64,000 nucleotides of DNA from Actinobacteria bacterium UBA7524 (GCA_002478275.1 DLMY01000016.1:1-64000), one strand, 5' to 3'; shown: positions 48,327 through 61,188, counted from the stretch's first letter. A program made the numbers and translations. Notes: generated by a model not told the origin, from the letters alone.

Positions 48327-49316
48327 GTGAAGTCTCAGTTCGTCGATGAGCTTGTGGAAGGCATGCATGTCGATAGTGGTTTCGTGCTTTCGCACAAGGA
48401 GTTACGCCATACTCGCGCGGGTGAGACCTATCTGACCCTTACGTTCGCAGACCGCTCTGGGCGGATCGCAGGAGTGTGGTTCAGGCCCTCCCGTGATGGC
48501 CACGCCATTCCTGCGGGAACCGTGGCCAGGGTTGTCGGCACGGTAACCTCATACCGGGGAAACAGACGCATCTCGGTCGAATCACTCACTGCGCTTTCGC
48601 GGTTCGACGAGACTGACATGATCGCGACGACACAGAGAGAACGGAGCGCCCTGATCGCAGAGTTCAAGAGCGCCGCCGCGCGAGTGGTCGATCCAGATCT
48701 GCGACGGATACTCAAAGCGGTCTTCGGTGACGCCACCTTCTTCGAGAAGTTCGCCATGTGTCCCGGTACGGTCAGGGGTCATCATGCATTCCTCGGGGGA
48801 CTGATCGAGCATTCGGTGGCGGTGACCGGTCTGTGTGCTGCTCTGGCGCAGACGTATCCGGAGGTGGACGCGGATCTGCTCGTGACCGCCGCACTGCTCC
48901 ATGATATCGGGATGGTCGACGCCCTGAACTGGAGGACCGCCATCGAAGAGAATGACGAGGGCCGCCTTCTCGGCCACGTGCTGCTGGGGGAGCGTCGGCT
49001 CCGAGATGCTACAAGGACACTGCAACCCAGGATCTCGTCGACAATGCTTGCGCGTCTCTCACACGCGCTGGCTGTCCACCATGCTGACATCGATGCCTCG
49101 CCGGGTTCAGGACCCGTGACCTTGGAGGCCCGGATCCTGAATCAAGCGGACCACCTTGATGTGATGATAGCCACTGATCTTGACCACACACTGGGTAGCG
49201 CGGTGTTGGAGGAGCGATGGGCTGTGACAGGTGATGATAGGAGCCGCGTGCTTCACGTGCCGGGCCCTGTCGCATGCTCAACGGGAATGGCGGTTGCCCC
49301 GAGGCGTTCTGCGTAG
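48327..49316 (+). CDS. OB-fold/HD domain 3'-5' exoribonuclease YhaM family
   Basis: N-terminal OB fold (YLTL..DRSG); HHA..GGL.EH; LLHDIG; G.LLGH. Confidence 0.82.
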   Translation: MKSQFVDELVEGMHVDSGFVLSHKELRHTRAGETYLTLTFADRSGRIAGVWFRPSRDGHAIPAGTVARVVGTVTSYRGNRRISVESLTALSRFDETDMIATTQRERSALIAEFKSAAARVVDPDLRRILKAVFGDATFFEKFAMCPGTVRGHHAFLGGLIEHSVAVTGLCAALAQTYPEVDADLLVTAALLHDIGMVDALNWRTAIEENDEGRLLGHVLLGERRLRDATRTLQPRISSTMLARLSHALAVHHADIDASPGSGPVTLEARILNQADHLDVMIATDLDHTLGSAVLEERWAVTGDDRSRVLHVPGPVACSTGMAVAPRRSA

Positions 49317-49328
49317 CCGCCGATCTGT

Positions 49329-49358
49329 GGACGGTTCGCGAGAGGACGGTTCGCGAGA
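49329..49358 (+). repeat. 15-bp direct tandem repeat
   Basis: GGACGGTTCGCGAGA x2, intergenic. Confidence 0.8.
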
Positions 49359-49436
49359 GGGGATTGAGTCCTCGGGGAATACTCTACAATCGAATCAACG
49401 TGTTCAAGTGGCCGTACGCGATCAAAGAGGAGTGCC

Positions 49437-50234
49437 ATGATGGAGTATCCTAAGGCCGAGATAGGCGTCTTCGGCGGTAGCGGGTTCTACGAGCTGCTCG
49501 ACGAACCTCAGGAGTTCAAGGTGGAGACGCCGTTCGGTGCGCCCTCATCGGCGGTGATGTACGGCGACATCGCCGGTCGTAAGGTGGCGTTCCTGCCTCG
49601 CCACGGAAACGACCACCAACTCCCCCCACACATGATCAACTTCAGGGCGAACCTCTGGGCCATGCAGGCGTTGGGGGTGAAACGCATCATCGGACCGAAC
49701 GCGTGCGGATCCCTCCAGCCCGAGATCGAGCCAGGGCACTTCGTGATCTGCGATCAGTTCGTGGATCGGACCTGGGGCAGGAAGGACACCTTCTTCGACG
49801 GGCCGGTGACAACCCATGTGTCTTCGGCGGATCCTTACTGTCCGACGATGAGGCGGGTGGCTGTCGATTCGGCCGGGGTCGTGGGCGTCACTGCGCACCC
49901 GGCTGGAACCGTTGTCGTCATTCAGGGCCCCCGCTTCTCGACTCGGTCTGAGTCTCGATGGTTTGCAGCACAAGGATGGGAGGTCATCAACATGACCCAG
50001 TATCCGGAATGCTACCTGGCCCGTGAGTTGGAGATCTGCTACTGCAACATCTCCCTCATCACTGATCATGATGCGGGTGCCGAAGGAGTGGAACCCGTTA
50101 CGAACGACGAGGTTGTGCGCGTATTCCTCGAGAACAACGCGAAGGTGAAGGAACTCATCTATGAGATGATCCCGCGCTTGCCGACCGAGCGTGACTGCGT
50201 GTGTGCCCATGCGTTGGACGGTGCCCGGTTCTAG
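49437..50234 (+). CDS. mtnP: S-methyl-5'-thioadenosine phosphorylase
   Basis: GVFGGSG, FLPRHG, GPRFSTRSES, INMT..PE..LARE, TDHD. Confidence 0.92.
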   Translation: MMEYPKAEIGVFGGSGFYELLDEPQEFKVETPFGAPSSAVMYGDIAGRKVAFLPRHGNDHQLPPHMINFRANLWAMQALGVKRIIGPNACGSLQPEIEPGHFVICDQFVDRTWGRKDTFFDGPVTTHVSSADPYCPTMRRVAVDSAGVVGVTAHPAGTVVVIQGPRFSTRSESRWFAAQGWEVINMTQYPECYLARELEICYCNISLITDHDAGAEGVEPVTNDEVVRVFLENNAKVKELIYEMIPRLPTERDCVCAHALDGARF

Positions 50235-50282
50235 GCTGCGAAAGCGCACAGAATGCGTGAGGCTATCTGAGGGAGGCGACCG

Positions 50283-51410
50283 GTGTTCGATCTGCCGTCC
50301 ATACGCATCGGGCGCCTCTTCGGGATCCCGGTCGAGGTGAATGCCACGTGGCTGGTGGTGTTCGTGCTCGTGGCTGCGTCACTGTCTTTCAGCTACTACC
50401 CCTCGGCGTTTCCGGATCGTCCCATGTTCGTGGACGTGACAAGCGGAATCATGACCGCGCTGCTGTTCTTCGCATCGATAGTCATCCATGAATTCAGCCA
50501 TTCTCTGGTGGCTCGCACAGGTGGCATTCGGATCGCCAAGGTCACACTCTTCATCTTCGGCGGTATCGCACAGATGGAGGATGAGCCATCGACGCCCTTG
50601 CGCGAATTCGTGATGGCCATCGCCGGACCGCTCGCAAGTCTGGTGCTCGCCGCAGTATTCGCCCTCAGTGCGGTGACACTGTTCAGATTCGGTGTCACCA
50701 ACGTGATCTGGGGCCCGTTCGAGTACCTCGCTGTCATCAACCTCGCGGTGGCCGTGTTCAACATGCTGCCGGGGTTCCCGCTTGATGGCGGTCGCGTCTT
50801 GCGTGCTCTCCTGTGGGGCCTTACCGGAGACCAACTCAGAGCGACACGGTGGGCCAGTGTCGTCGGGCAGTTGATCGGCTACGTTCTGGTGGCGTTGGCG
50901 GTGATGGGAGTACTCGCGGGTAGGCTCAATCTCATATGGCTGGGGCTGGTTGGGATCTTCATAGTCGTGCTCGCGGATTCCGCATACCGTCATCAGCTCG
51001 CCCGCAGCGCCCTTCACGGCGAGTCGGTCGAGGACCTGTCGTCGCGCGAGGTGATGGTCGCCCCGGGAGAGATCAGTGTCGAGAAGCTTGTTCACGAGTA
51101 CTTCCTCGACGGTCCTCACACTCGCTACCCCGTCATCTATGAGGGCGAGGTCATCGGTTTGATCACGCTTGACGCCGTCAAGCGCGTCCCGCGCACCGAG
51201 TGGCCGAATACCCTCGTCAAGGATGTGGCCGACACCGATCTATCCAGACTGCTGATTGGCGCGCGGGACCCCGGGGATGCTGTGCTCGCGCGATTCGGGA
51301 ACGAAGCGTCGCCGGGCGCTCTGCTCGTCGTCAAAGACGGCCATCTCGCTGGGATAGTGACTCGCGCTGACGTTACATCTCGCCTTCGGCGTGCCGATCA
51401 TCGGACCTGA
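50283..51410 (+). CDS. Site-2 protease (M50) with CBS domains
   Basis: HEFSH, AIAGP, FNMLPGFPLDGGR; C-terminal CBS pair. Confidence 0.92.
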   Translation: MFDLPSIRIGRLFGIPVEVNATWLVVFVLVAASLSFSYYPSAFPDRPMFVDVTSGIMTALLFFASIVIHEFSHSLVARTGGIRIAKVTLFIFGGIAQMEDEPSTPLREFVMAIAGPLASLVLAAVFALSAVTLFRFGVTNVIWGPFEYLAVINLAVAVFNMLPGFPLDGGRVLRALLWGLTGDQLRATRWASVVGQLIGYVLVALAVMGVLAGRLNLIWLGLVGIFIVVLADSAYRHQLARSALHGESVEDLSSREVMVAPGEISVEKLVHEYFLDGPHTRYPVIYEGEVIGLITLDAVKRVPRTEWPNTLVKDVADTDLSRLLIGARDPGDAVLARFGNEASPGALLVVKDGHLAGIVTRADVTSRLRRADHRT

Positions 51411-51435
51411 TCGCAGGATTGCCGCTTGTGCCGGT

Positions 51436-51453
51436 TTGTAACGATTGTTACGA
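51436..51453. promoter_or_regulatory. Rex-like operator upstream of rex
   Basis: TTGTAAC-GATT-GTTACGA; arms differ by one base from the site at 118-135. Confidence 0.7.
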
Positions 51454-51486
51454 TATTCGCGACCGATGAGTGATTGAGGGACCCCG

Positions 51487-52143
51487 GTGAACGTACGATC
51501 CCCGATCGACCACATCCCGGAAGGCGTAATTGAACGACTTCCCGCATATCTGAGTGCGCTTATCCAGCTGCGCAAAGATGGCTGTTACACGGTCTCATCA
51601 GCCCGACTTGGGGAGATGACCGACATCAATCCAGCGCAGATCCGCAGGGACCTCACCCAATTCGGCTCTTTCGGGAAGCGCGGCGTCGGATACGAGATCG
51701 TGAACTTGATCGATAGGATCCAGGGCATTCTTGGTTCGAACCACACGCATCGGATAGCACTGGTTGGAGCCGGACACCTTGGGTCCGCCATCGCGGATTA
51801 CGACGGCCTGCGCTCCAGGGGTTTTGTCGTCGCCTCGATATTCGACAGCGATCCCGCCAAGGTCGGAAACAGGATCGGGGACATCGTCGTCCAGGACATC
51901 GCTTCTTTCGAGCGTGTCACCCGAGAACAAGACATGAAGATCGGAGTGATCGCGGTCCCCCCGTCTGAGGCACAGGGTGTGGCGGACCGCATGGTCGAGG
52001 CGGGCATACGTGTGATCTTGAACTACTCGTCTGCGATGGTACGCGTTGCTGGCGACGTGATGATACACAACACCGATCCCGTCAGAGAGCTGCTGCATAC
52101 CCTGTACTACCTTTCTCGGACCGAAAGCGTGGCGCATGCCTGA
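51487..52143 (+). CDS. rex: Redox-sensing transcriptional repressor Rex
   Basis: RLPAY, QIRRDL..FG.FGKRGVGY, VGAGHLG, ILNY. Confidence 0.95.
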   Translation: MNVRSPIDHIPEGVIERLPAYLSALIQLRKDGCYTVSSARLGEMTDINPAQIRRDLTQFGSFGKRGVGYEIVNLIDRIQGILGSNHTHRIALVGAGHLGSAIADYDGLRSRGFVVASIFDSDPAKVGNRIGDIVVQDIASFERVTREQDMKIGVIAVPPSEAQGVADRMVEAGIRVILNYSSAMVRVAGDVMIHNTDPVRELLHTLYYLSRTESVAHA

Positions 52144-52238
52144 CGGTTGGTGGTACGCTAGCTAGGCGTTTCTGGTGTGACAGTCTGCGGCGATACCGCC
52201 GCTTGGCCGTGGAAGATGACTACGATGGAGGAAGCGAC

Positions 52239-52472
52239 ATGGCAGCGATATTCGGACTGGGACCGGTCGAGATTGGGCTCATCGCCGTTGTCGTCCTGGT
52301 CTTGTTCGGCCCGAAGCGGCTACCGCAACTAGGTAAGTCGCTTGGTAAGACCGTCCGGGCTATCCGGGAAGGCGTCGAAGGTAAGATCGACGACGAAGAC
52401 GAAGATGCGACTGTGACCAAGGCCAGTACCAAGGCCAGCACTGACAGTGGCGACGATGACGAGGACGCGTAG
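52239..52472 (+). CDS. tatA: Twin-arginine translocase TatA/E subunit
   Basis: VLFGPKRLPQLGKSLGK; acidic tail; GGAGG RBS. Confidence 0.92.
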   Translation: MAAIFGLGPVEIGLIAVVVLVLFGPKRLPQLGKSLGKTVRAIREGVEGKIDDEDEDATVTKASTKASTDSGDDDEDA

Positions 52473-52588
52473 CATCCTTCGCGTCGGGAGACCGCGCAGT
52501 CTGCAGTGTCCGCCTGGACGGGTGTGCCCGCATCGGAGCATCGCAGGTTCCCGTTCCGCTGCTGTCGAGGTCGTACCCCGGTAACGAC

Positions 52589-52657
52589 TTGTGCCGTTCG
52601 GTATTTCGGGTATACTTTCGTGGACATTTCGGGCTGCCAGCCGTGGCAGCCCGTCCA
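52589..52657 (+). promoter_or_regulatory. greA promoter and leader hairpin
   Basis: TTGTGC-16bp-TATACT, then CGGGCTGCCA-GCCG-TGGCAGCCCG stem. Confidence 0.5.
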
Positions 52658-52720
52658 ATTGAGGCCGTACCTCGCATTAGGCGTAACCCGGCCCCGGGAT
52701 TCACACGGGAGTCTTCACGT

Positions 52721-53194
52721 ATGCAGAAGGAAGTAGCCCTCACTCGCGAAGGCGCCCTGCGCTTGGAAGAGGAACTCCGCCACCTTGAGACGGTTCGTCG
52801 GCGTGAAGTCGGCGATCGCATCAAGGAAGCAAAGGAGTTCGGCGACATCTCGGAGAATTCCGAGTACGACGACGCCAAGAATGAGCAAGCGTGGGTCGAG
52901 AGCCGTATTGCGGAGATCAATCAGATACTTGCGCACGCGTCGATCATCGAAGCGCCGGCGCGCAGCGACAAGGTCAAACTCGGCAGCCAGGTCGAGCTTG
53001 AGGACGCCGAGACCAAAGAGGTGCACAAGTATCGTCTTGTCGGCTCTGCCGAGGCCGATCCCGCGCACGATCGCATCTCGAACGAGTCTCCTGTCGGTCG
53101 AGCCATCATGGGTGCCAAGAAGGGCGATGCGGTCAAGGTCTCGACCCCGTCGGGTCGAGTCATAGAGTACCGGGTCCTCAAGATCTCCAAGTGA
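52721..53194 (+). CDS. greA: Transcription elongation factor GreA
   Basis: GDISENSEYDDAKNEQ, ISNESPVG. Confidence 0.96.
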   Translation: MQKEVALTREGALRLEEELRHLETVRRREVGDRIKEAKEFGDISENSEYDDAKNEQAWVESRIAEINQILAHASIIEAPARSDKVKLGSQVELEDAETKEVHKYRLVGSAEADPAHDRISNESPVGRAIMGAKKGDAVKVSTPSGRVIEYRVLKISK

Positions 53195-54711
53195 CGATGG
53201 CCGATCCTGACGCGACAGACGCCGAACGAACCGCTCCCGCCGAAGACCCGTTCTCGGCGCGAAGGGCCAAGCTGGACCAGCTCGTCGCGTCTGGTATCGA
53301 CCCCTACGTGTCCCGTTTCGATGTGACCGCGCGCGCGGGCGAGCTTGTCGAACGCCATGCGGAGCTGGAGGCCGGCGCCGAGAGTGACGATCTCGTTCGC
53401 GTAGCGGGCCGGTTGGTCGCCAAGCGCGACCAGGGCAAGCTCGCGTTCCTCGTACTGAGGGATTCGACCGGGGACATCCAGCTGTTCTGCCGCACCAACG
53501 TCCTTGGGGAGGATGACTTCGCGTTCGTGAGCGATCTCGACCTCGGCGACTGGATCGGTGCCGAGGGCAACGTGTTGCGGACCCGCCGAGGAGAACTGTC
53601 GGTGCAGCCGACCTCGGTCACACTGCTGTCCAAGTCACTGCGCCCGTTGCCGGAGAAGTACCACGGCCTTACGGACACGGAGACCCGCTACAGGCAGCGC
53701 TACATCGATCTCATCGCCAATCCGGAAGTGAGACAGGTCTTCGAGATCCGTTTCGCGGCGATCTCTTCGATCCGCCGGTTCATGGAATCCCGCGACTTCG
53801 TTGAGGTCGAAACCCCGATGCTCCATCCGATTCCCGGCGGGGCGACGGCGCGGCCTTTCGTGACGCATCACAACGCACTGGACATGGATCTCTACTTGCG
53901 CATCGCCCCCGAACTCTATTTGAAACGCCTGCTGGTCGGCGGGTTCGAGCGCGTCTACGAGATCAACCGGAACTTCCGCAACGAGGGCATGTCTCCTCGG
54001 CATAATCCGGAATTCACGATGCTCGAAGCGTACCAGGCATTCACTAATATCGACGGGATGATGGAACTGACCGAATCGATGATCGTACATGCCGCCCGCG
54101 AGGTTTGCGGGACATTGCTGCTTGAGTACCAAGGGGCGCCGGTGGATCTGACTCCTCCGTGGCCCAGGCGTACCATGCTGGAGCTTGTCAGTGAGGCGGC
54201 CGGAAGAAGTATCTCCTTCGACGACAGTCTCGATGACCTGGCAGCGCTGTGCGGGCGTCATGACATTCCCGTCGACGATGGATGGGGCAAGGGTAAGCTC
54301 ATCACCGAGTTGTTCGAGAAGTTGGTGGAAGGTTCGCTTGAGGGCCCCATCTTCGTGACGGGGTATCCAGCCGAGACTTCTCCGCTCGCTCGCAGGAGTG
54401 ACGCCGATCCTCAGCTCACCGATCGGTTCGAGCTCATCGTCACCGGACGCGAGCTGGCGAACGCATTCTCGGAGCTGGTGGACCCCGTGGATCAGCGCAA
54501 CCGCTTTCAGGAGCAGGCGAAGGCGAAGGGCGCCGGCGATCACGAGGCGATGGGCTACGACGAGGACTACCTTCGCGCCATGGAGTACGGGATGCCTCCT
54601 GCCGGGGGGATGGGGATTGGGATCGACAGGTTCGTGATGTTGCTGGCCGATGTCGCGTCCATCCGTGACGTCTTGCTGTTTCCACACATGCGGCCTGAGA
54701 AGGACGCCTGA
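53191..54711 (+). CDS. lysS: Lysine--tRNA ligase (class II)
   Basis: RYRQRY, GGATARPF.THHN, YLRIAPELYLKRL, FRNEG, GIGIDR. Confidence 0.97.
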   Translation: MTMADPDATDAERTAPAEDPFSARRAKLDQLVASGIDPYVSRFDVTARAGELVERHAELEAGAESDDLVRVAGRLVAKRDQGKLAFLVLRDSTGDIQLFCRTNVLGEDDFAFVSDLDLGDWIGAEGNVLRTRRGELSVQPTSVTLLSKSLRPLPEKYHGLTDTETRYRQRYIDLIANPEVRQVFEIRFAAISSIRRFMESRDFVEVETPMLHPIPGGATARPFVTHHNALDMDLYLRIAPELYLKRLLVGGFERVYEINRNFRNEGMSPRHNPEFTMLEAYQAFTNIDGMMELTESMIVHAAREVCGTLLLEYQGAPVDLTPPWPRRTMLELVSEAAGRSISFDDSLDDLAALCGRHDIPVDDGWGKGKLITELFEKLVEGSLEGPIFVTGYPAETSPLARRSDADPQLTDRFELIVTGRELANAFSELVDPVDQRNRFQEQAKAKGAGDHEAMGYDEDYLRAMEYGMPPAGGMGIGIDRFVMLLADVASIRDVLLFPHMRPEKDA

Positions 54712-54768
54712 GTCCTGCACGCGCGAGACTCGTGGGCACCTTGTGGGGCGTGCTCCGGAAGTTCAGAC

Positions 54769-54791
54769 ATCTGAGTGGATGAGACTTAGAT
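54769..54791. promoter_or_regulatory. HAIR-like (HspR) inverted repeat upstream of clpC
   Basis: ATCTGAGT-N7-ACTTAGAT versus consensus CTTGAGT-N7-ACTCAAG. Confidence 0.5.
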
Positions 54792-54925
54792 ACTTGGGCA
54801 CACCGATTGCTTGAATCCTGCAGCACGACCCTCGCATGTCGCAGTCGCGGGGTATACTGTCTGCACAACACTACGACGTGGAAACCGGGGCTCGATGGTC
54901 CGCCGGTGACGATAGGGAGCCAGTG

Positions 54926-57475
<2,550 letters not shown>

Positions 57476-57476
57476 C

Positions 57477-58823
57477 ATGTCCCCGAAGGCGAAGACCGTC
57501 TGGCGCTGTCAGGAGTGTGGGACCACGGCCTTGCAGTGGTACGGCCGTTGTCCGGACTGTGGCCTGTACGGGACACTCGCAGAGGAGATCGAGCAGACTG
57601 ACCACTTCGCGTCCACTCGCCCACACGTCCAGCCGGTTGCCGTCGCGGACGCGGGATCTTCAGCGGATGAGCGCTTCCACGTTGGTATCGAGGAACTCGA
57701 CCGTGTGCTGGGCGGCGGTCTCGTCAACGGATCCCTTGTGTTGCTCGGGGGCGAGCCAGGCATCGGCAAGTCGACCCTGCTGCTTCAGGCATCCCACGCC
57801 GTGGGAGCTGACCTACCTGTTCTCTATGTCTGCGGGGAGGAGTCTTCCGCGCAAGTCAGCTCAAGGGCGAGGCGGCTGGGTCTGTCCTGCGACGGCGTGT
57901 CGCTGTTGCCGGAGATCGACGTCGCGGCCATCGAGGCGGCCGTCACAGAACGGCGTCCGGGCCTGCTCGTGATCGATTCGGTTCAGACGGCTTTCGATCC
58001 CGAGCTTTCGGGTGCTCCGGGCAGTGTCGGACAGGTGAGGGCTGTCACGGCCAGACTGATGCGGATAGCCAAGGACATGGGAGTCACGACGCTTGTTGCG
58101 GGGCACGTGACGAAGGACGGGGCGATCGCCGGACCGCGTGTCTTGGAGCATATGGTCGACGCGGTGCTCTACTTCGAGGGTGACAAGGAACATGCGTTTC
58201 GTGTCGTGCGTGCGGTCAAGAACAGATACGGGCCAGCGTCGGAGATCGGCGTTTTCGAGATGACCGATTCCGGGCTCAAGGGTGTTGGCAACCCTTCGGC
58301 TCTCTTCTTGGACGAAAGAGCCGAGGCCAGGCCCGGCTCCGTGGTGATGCCGGCTACTGAGGGATCTCGGTCGCTACTCGTCGAGGTCCAAGCACTCGTC
58401 ACCCCCAGTTACCTGCAGATGCCTCGTCGTCTGGCCACGGGCGTGGAAGGCGGGCGGCTCCTGCAGGTCATCGCAGTGCTAGAAGGGCGCTCGCAGATCT
58501 CGTTCGCCGGCCACGACGTGTACGTGGCTGTTGCGGGCGGGGTGAGAGTCACTGAACCCGCCGTCGACCTGCCGCTCGCCTTGGCGCTCGTTTCGGCCCG
58601 GATCGACCGTATGGTGCCGAGTGGCATGGCAGCGTTCGGGGAAGTGGATCTCACGGGTCGGGTACGTGCTGTCTCGCACGCGGAACCACGACTCAGAGAG
58701 CTCACCCGTCACGGGTTTGAGCGAGTGATCGCGGCAGTACCTCAGGGTGTAACTGTTCCCCCGGGCCTGGCGATCGACCGAATCAGCTGCGTTTCGGAGA
58801 TCATCTCATCGATGAGCTGGTGA
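57477..58823 (+). CDS. radA: DNA repair protein RadA/Sms
   Basis: CQECG..CPDC zinc finger, GEPGIGKST, KNRYG. Confidence 0.96.
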   Translation: MSPKAKTVWRCQECGTTALQWYGRCPDCGLYGTLAEEIEQTDHFASTRPHVQPVAVADAGSSADERFHVGIEELDRVLGGGLVNGSLVLLGGEPGIGKSTLLLQASHAVGADLPVLYVCGEESSAQVSSRARRLGLSCDGVSLLPEIDVAAIEAAVTERRPGLLVIDSVQTAFDPELSGAPGSVGQVRAVTARLMRIAKDMGVTTLVAGHVTKDGAIAGPRVLEHMVDAVLYFEGDKEHAFRVVRAVKNRYGPASEIGVFEMTDSGLKGVGNPSALFLDERAEARPGSVVMPATEGSRSLLVEVQALVTPSYLQMPRRLATGVEGGRLLQVIAVLEGRSQISFAGHDVYVAVAGGVRVTEPAVDLPLALALVSARIDRMVPSGMAAFGEVDLTGRVRAVSHAEPRLRELTRHGFERVIAAVPQGVTVPPGLAIDRISCVSEIISSMSW

Positions 58824-58936
58824 ACCTCGGCGATGTTTGTCAGAATCAGACCAGACTCCGACATGCGTGAGTGATTCCGCGCATTGGACGTGTTGAAGGG
58901 ACGGAACAGCACCGGCCAGTAACGATTCGGGGAGGT

Positions 58937-60004
58937 ATGGTGGAAGAGCGGTCCGGACAAGAGGTGCCGCGCTCGGAGCTCGAGAAGGTCGCCCCCGGCA
59001 CTCATCTGCGCGAGGGTATCGAGTACATCATCTCGTCCAGAACGGGCGCCCTGATCGTGATCGGCGATACCGACGACGTGCAGGAGCTCTGTAACGGCGG
59101 TTTCGAGATAGACATCCCGTTCACTCCACAACGTCTCTTCGAGCTGGCAAAGATGGACGGCGCGATAGTGTTGGACGCTGAAGCGAACCGGATTCGCAGG
59201 GCGAACGTCCATCTGGTTCCCGATCCCCACTTGCACACCAGTGAGACCGGGATGAGGCACAGGACTGCGGAGCGTGTCAGCCGACAGACCCAGGCTCTCG
59301 TCATCTCGATATCGCAGAGGCGTGATGTGGTGAGCCTCTATCTGGCTGGCAAGCGTATCATTCTCGACGACATCGAGGTGGTTCTGGCGAAAGCGAACCA
59401 GGCGCTCCAGACACTTCAGCGCTACAGAAGCAGGCTCGACGAGGTTCTCGAGCGGTTGACGGTCCTGGAATTCGACGACATCGTGACCCTCGGTGACGTG
59501 ACCGAGGTCATCAGCCGGTTCGAGATGGTCCGCAGGGTCGCCCAGGAGGTATCGCGCTATATCTCCGAACTTGGCACCGAGGGTCGTCTGGTCAGGATGC
59601 AGTCGGAGGAACTGACGGCGAACGTCGACGAGTACTACACACTCGTCGTTCGCGACTATGCCAAGGATCCGGCCCCACGCAAGGCTGTGACGATACGGAA
59701 TGCCCTGGGCAAGTTGACTCCTGAGCAGTTGGTCGAACCGGTCTCGATAGCCGCCGCGCTCTCGCTGCCTTCCGATGTCCAGTCATCAGAGGACCATGTC
59801 CGTCCGCGTGGGTTCAGGGTCCTGCGACGCATCCCGTTGTTGCCCTCGGCAGTAGTGGGCAGGATCGTGGACCGGTTCGGCTCCATTGCGGGTATCATGC
59901 AGGCCTCCGTCGCTGAACTCGACGAAGTCGACGGCGTGGGGACCCGTCGTGCGCAGGCCATCAGTGACGGACTCGTACGCATGCGGAGCAGGCTGGCCAG
60001 CTAG
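58937..60004 (+). CDS. disA: DNA integrity scanning diadenylate cyclase
   Basis: KMDGA, ETGMRHRTA, C-terminal HhH. Confidence 0.95.
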   Translation: MVEERSGQEVPRSELEKVAPGTHLREGIEYIISSRTGALIVIGDTDDVQELCNGGFEIDIPFTPQRLFELAKMDGAIVLDAEANRIRRANVHLVPDPHLHTSETGMRHRTAERVSRQTQALVISISQRRDVVSLYLAGKRIILDDIEVVLAKANQALQTLQRYRSRLDEVLERLTVLEFDDIVTLGDVTEVISRFEMVRRVAQEVSRYISELGTEGRLVRMQSEELTANVDEYYTLVVRDYAKDPAPRKAVTIRNALGKLTPEQLVEPVSIAAALSLPSDVQSSEDHVRPRGFRVLRRIPLLPSAVVGRIVDRFGSIAGIMQASVAELDEVDGVGTRRAQAISDGLVRMRSRLAS

Positions 60005-60084
60005 TGATATCATTTCCCTTAAGGGTTTGAGAGTCCAACGGTGACTCGATCGAAGGGAGGTGGGGACGCCTTAGCGGATAACGC

Positions 60085-61188
60085 ATGACGCGTCCGGGCC
60101 ATATGGTCGTCCACATCACGCGTTTCCTCTTCGTGACGATCGGTGCTCTGAGCGGATTCGCGACCTCCCGGCTCATCGACTGGACCCAAGAGACCGGCTT
60201 TCCCGAGTACTTCGTCATCTTCATATTCATCATTCTCGGCTGGTCAGTAGGGTATCTGCTCGGTGGGATCCTGGGGCGCGAACTGGCTCGGGTGTTCGTT
60301 GTCATCGAAGAACATCTTCAGGAGTTCTCAGCTGCGGACTTCATCCTGGCTGCCGCCGGGATGCTGGTGGGGCTTGTTGTCGCTGCCCTCATCTCCTGGC
60401 CGCTGCGTCTGATCGAACCTGCCTGGTTGGCGGTGCTAGCCACGCTCGGCCTGTTCGTGTTGTTCACCTATACGTTCATTCGGATCGCGTTGCTCAAACG
60501 AACGGACGTGGCGGTGGCTTTTCCTCGACTCTCCGGTGACGGTCTCGGGGTGTTGGAGCCTAACCGGATGTTGCTGCTTGATACTTCCGCTGTGATAGAC
60601 GGCAGATTCGTCGAGCTGCGGGCGCTCGGCTACCTGCCAGGCGATATGCGTGTCCCTCGCTTCGTTCTTTCGGAGTTGCAGGCGCTGGCCGATTCGGCCG
60701 ACGACATCAAGCGTGCGCGTGGGCGCAGGGGATTGGACCTGCTCGATCGCCTCAAGGGCTCCAACGCCAGGCTGGAGTTGTTGGACGCTGACGCCACTGA
60801 CGTGAGCGACACAGACGGCAAGCTGATGGCGGTGGCCGAGGAGAGAGGCGCTGCGATAGTCACCACTGACTTCAACATGATGAAGGTGGCGAGGGTCCGG
60901 GGTCTCGAGGTGTTGAACCTCAATGAGGCGGCAGGAGCTTTGCGTCCCGCATATCTTCCCGGAGAACCTTTGCGTCTCGCGATCGTGAAGAGGGGTAAGG
61001 AGCCAGGACAAGGTGTCGGCTACTTGCCTGACGGCACGATGGTCGTCGTCCACGATGCTGCCGAGTTTGCTGGGACGGAGGTGGATGCTGAGGTGACTTC
61101 CGTGTTGCAGACATCCGGCGGCCGGATGATCTTCGCGAACTTCACCGCTGTGGCCAGGTCGTCGCGGGAGGGGTCTGGTGAAGACTGA
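60085..61188 (+). CDS. Membrane PIN/TRAM domain protein (YacL-like)
   Basis: 4 TM, LDTSAVIDGR, RGRRGLD, QGVGYLPDGTMVVV, LQTSGGRMIF. Confidence 0.9.
   Translation: MTRPGHMVVHITRFLFVTIGALSGFATSRLIDWTQETGFPEYFVIFIFIILGWSVGYLLGGILGRELARVFVVIEEHLQEFSAADFILAAAGMLVGLVVAALISWPLRLIEPAWLAVLATLGLFVLFTYTFIRIALLKRTDVAVAFPRLSGDGLGVLEPNRMLLLDTSAVIDGRFVELRALGYLPGDMRVPRFVLSELQALADSADDIKRARGRRGLDLLDRLKGSNARLELLDADATDVSDTDGKLMAVAEERGAAIVTTDFNMMKVARVRGLEVLNLNEAAGALRPAYLPGEPLRLAIVKRGKEPGQGVGYLPDGTMVVVHDAAEFAGTEVDAEVTSVLQTSGGRMIFANFTAVARSSREGSGED

Noticed and set aside
47419..50234. Fluorinase/chlorinase plus nucleoside phosphorylase halometabolite pathway
   Set aside because: The protein keeps the Asp-Arg-His pattern (VDPGVG..R, TFH) of DUF62 SAM hydrolases rather than halogenase substitutions; no other pathway genes nearby
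51487..52472. rex-tatA adjacency as a novel link
   Set aside because: The same adjacency is known in Bacillota, so it is not unusual
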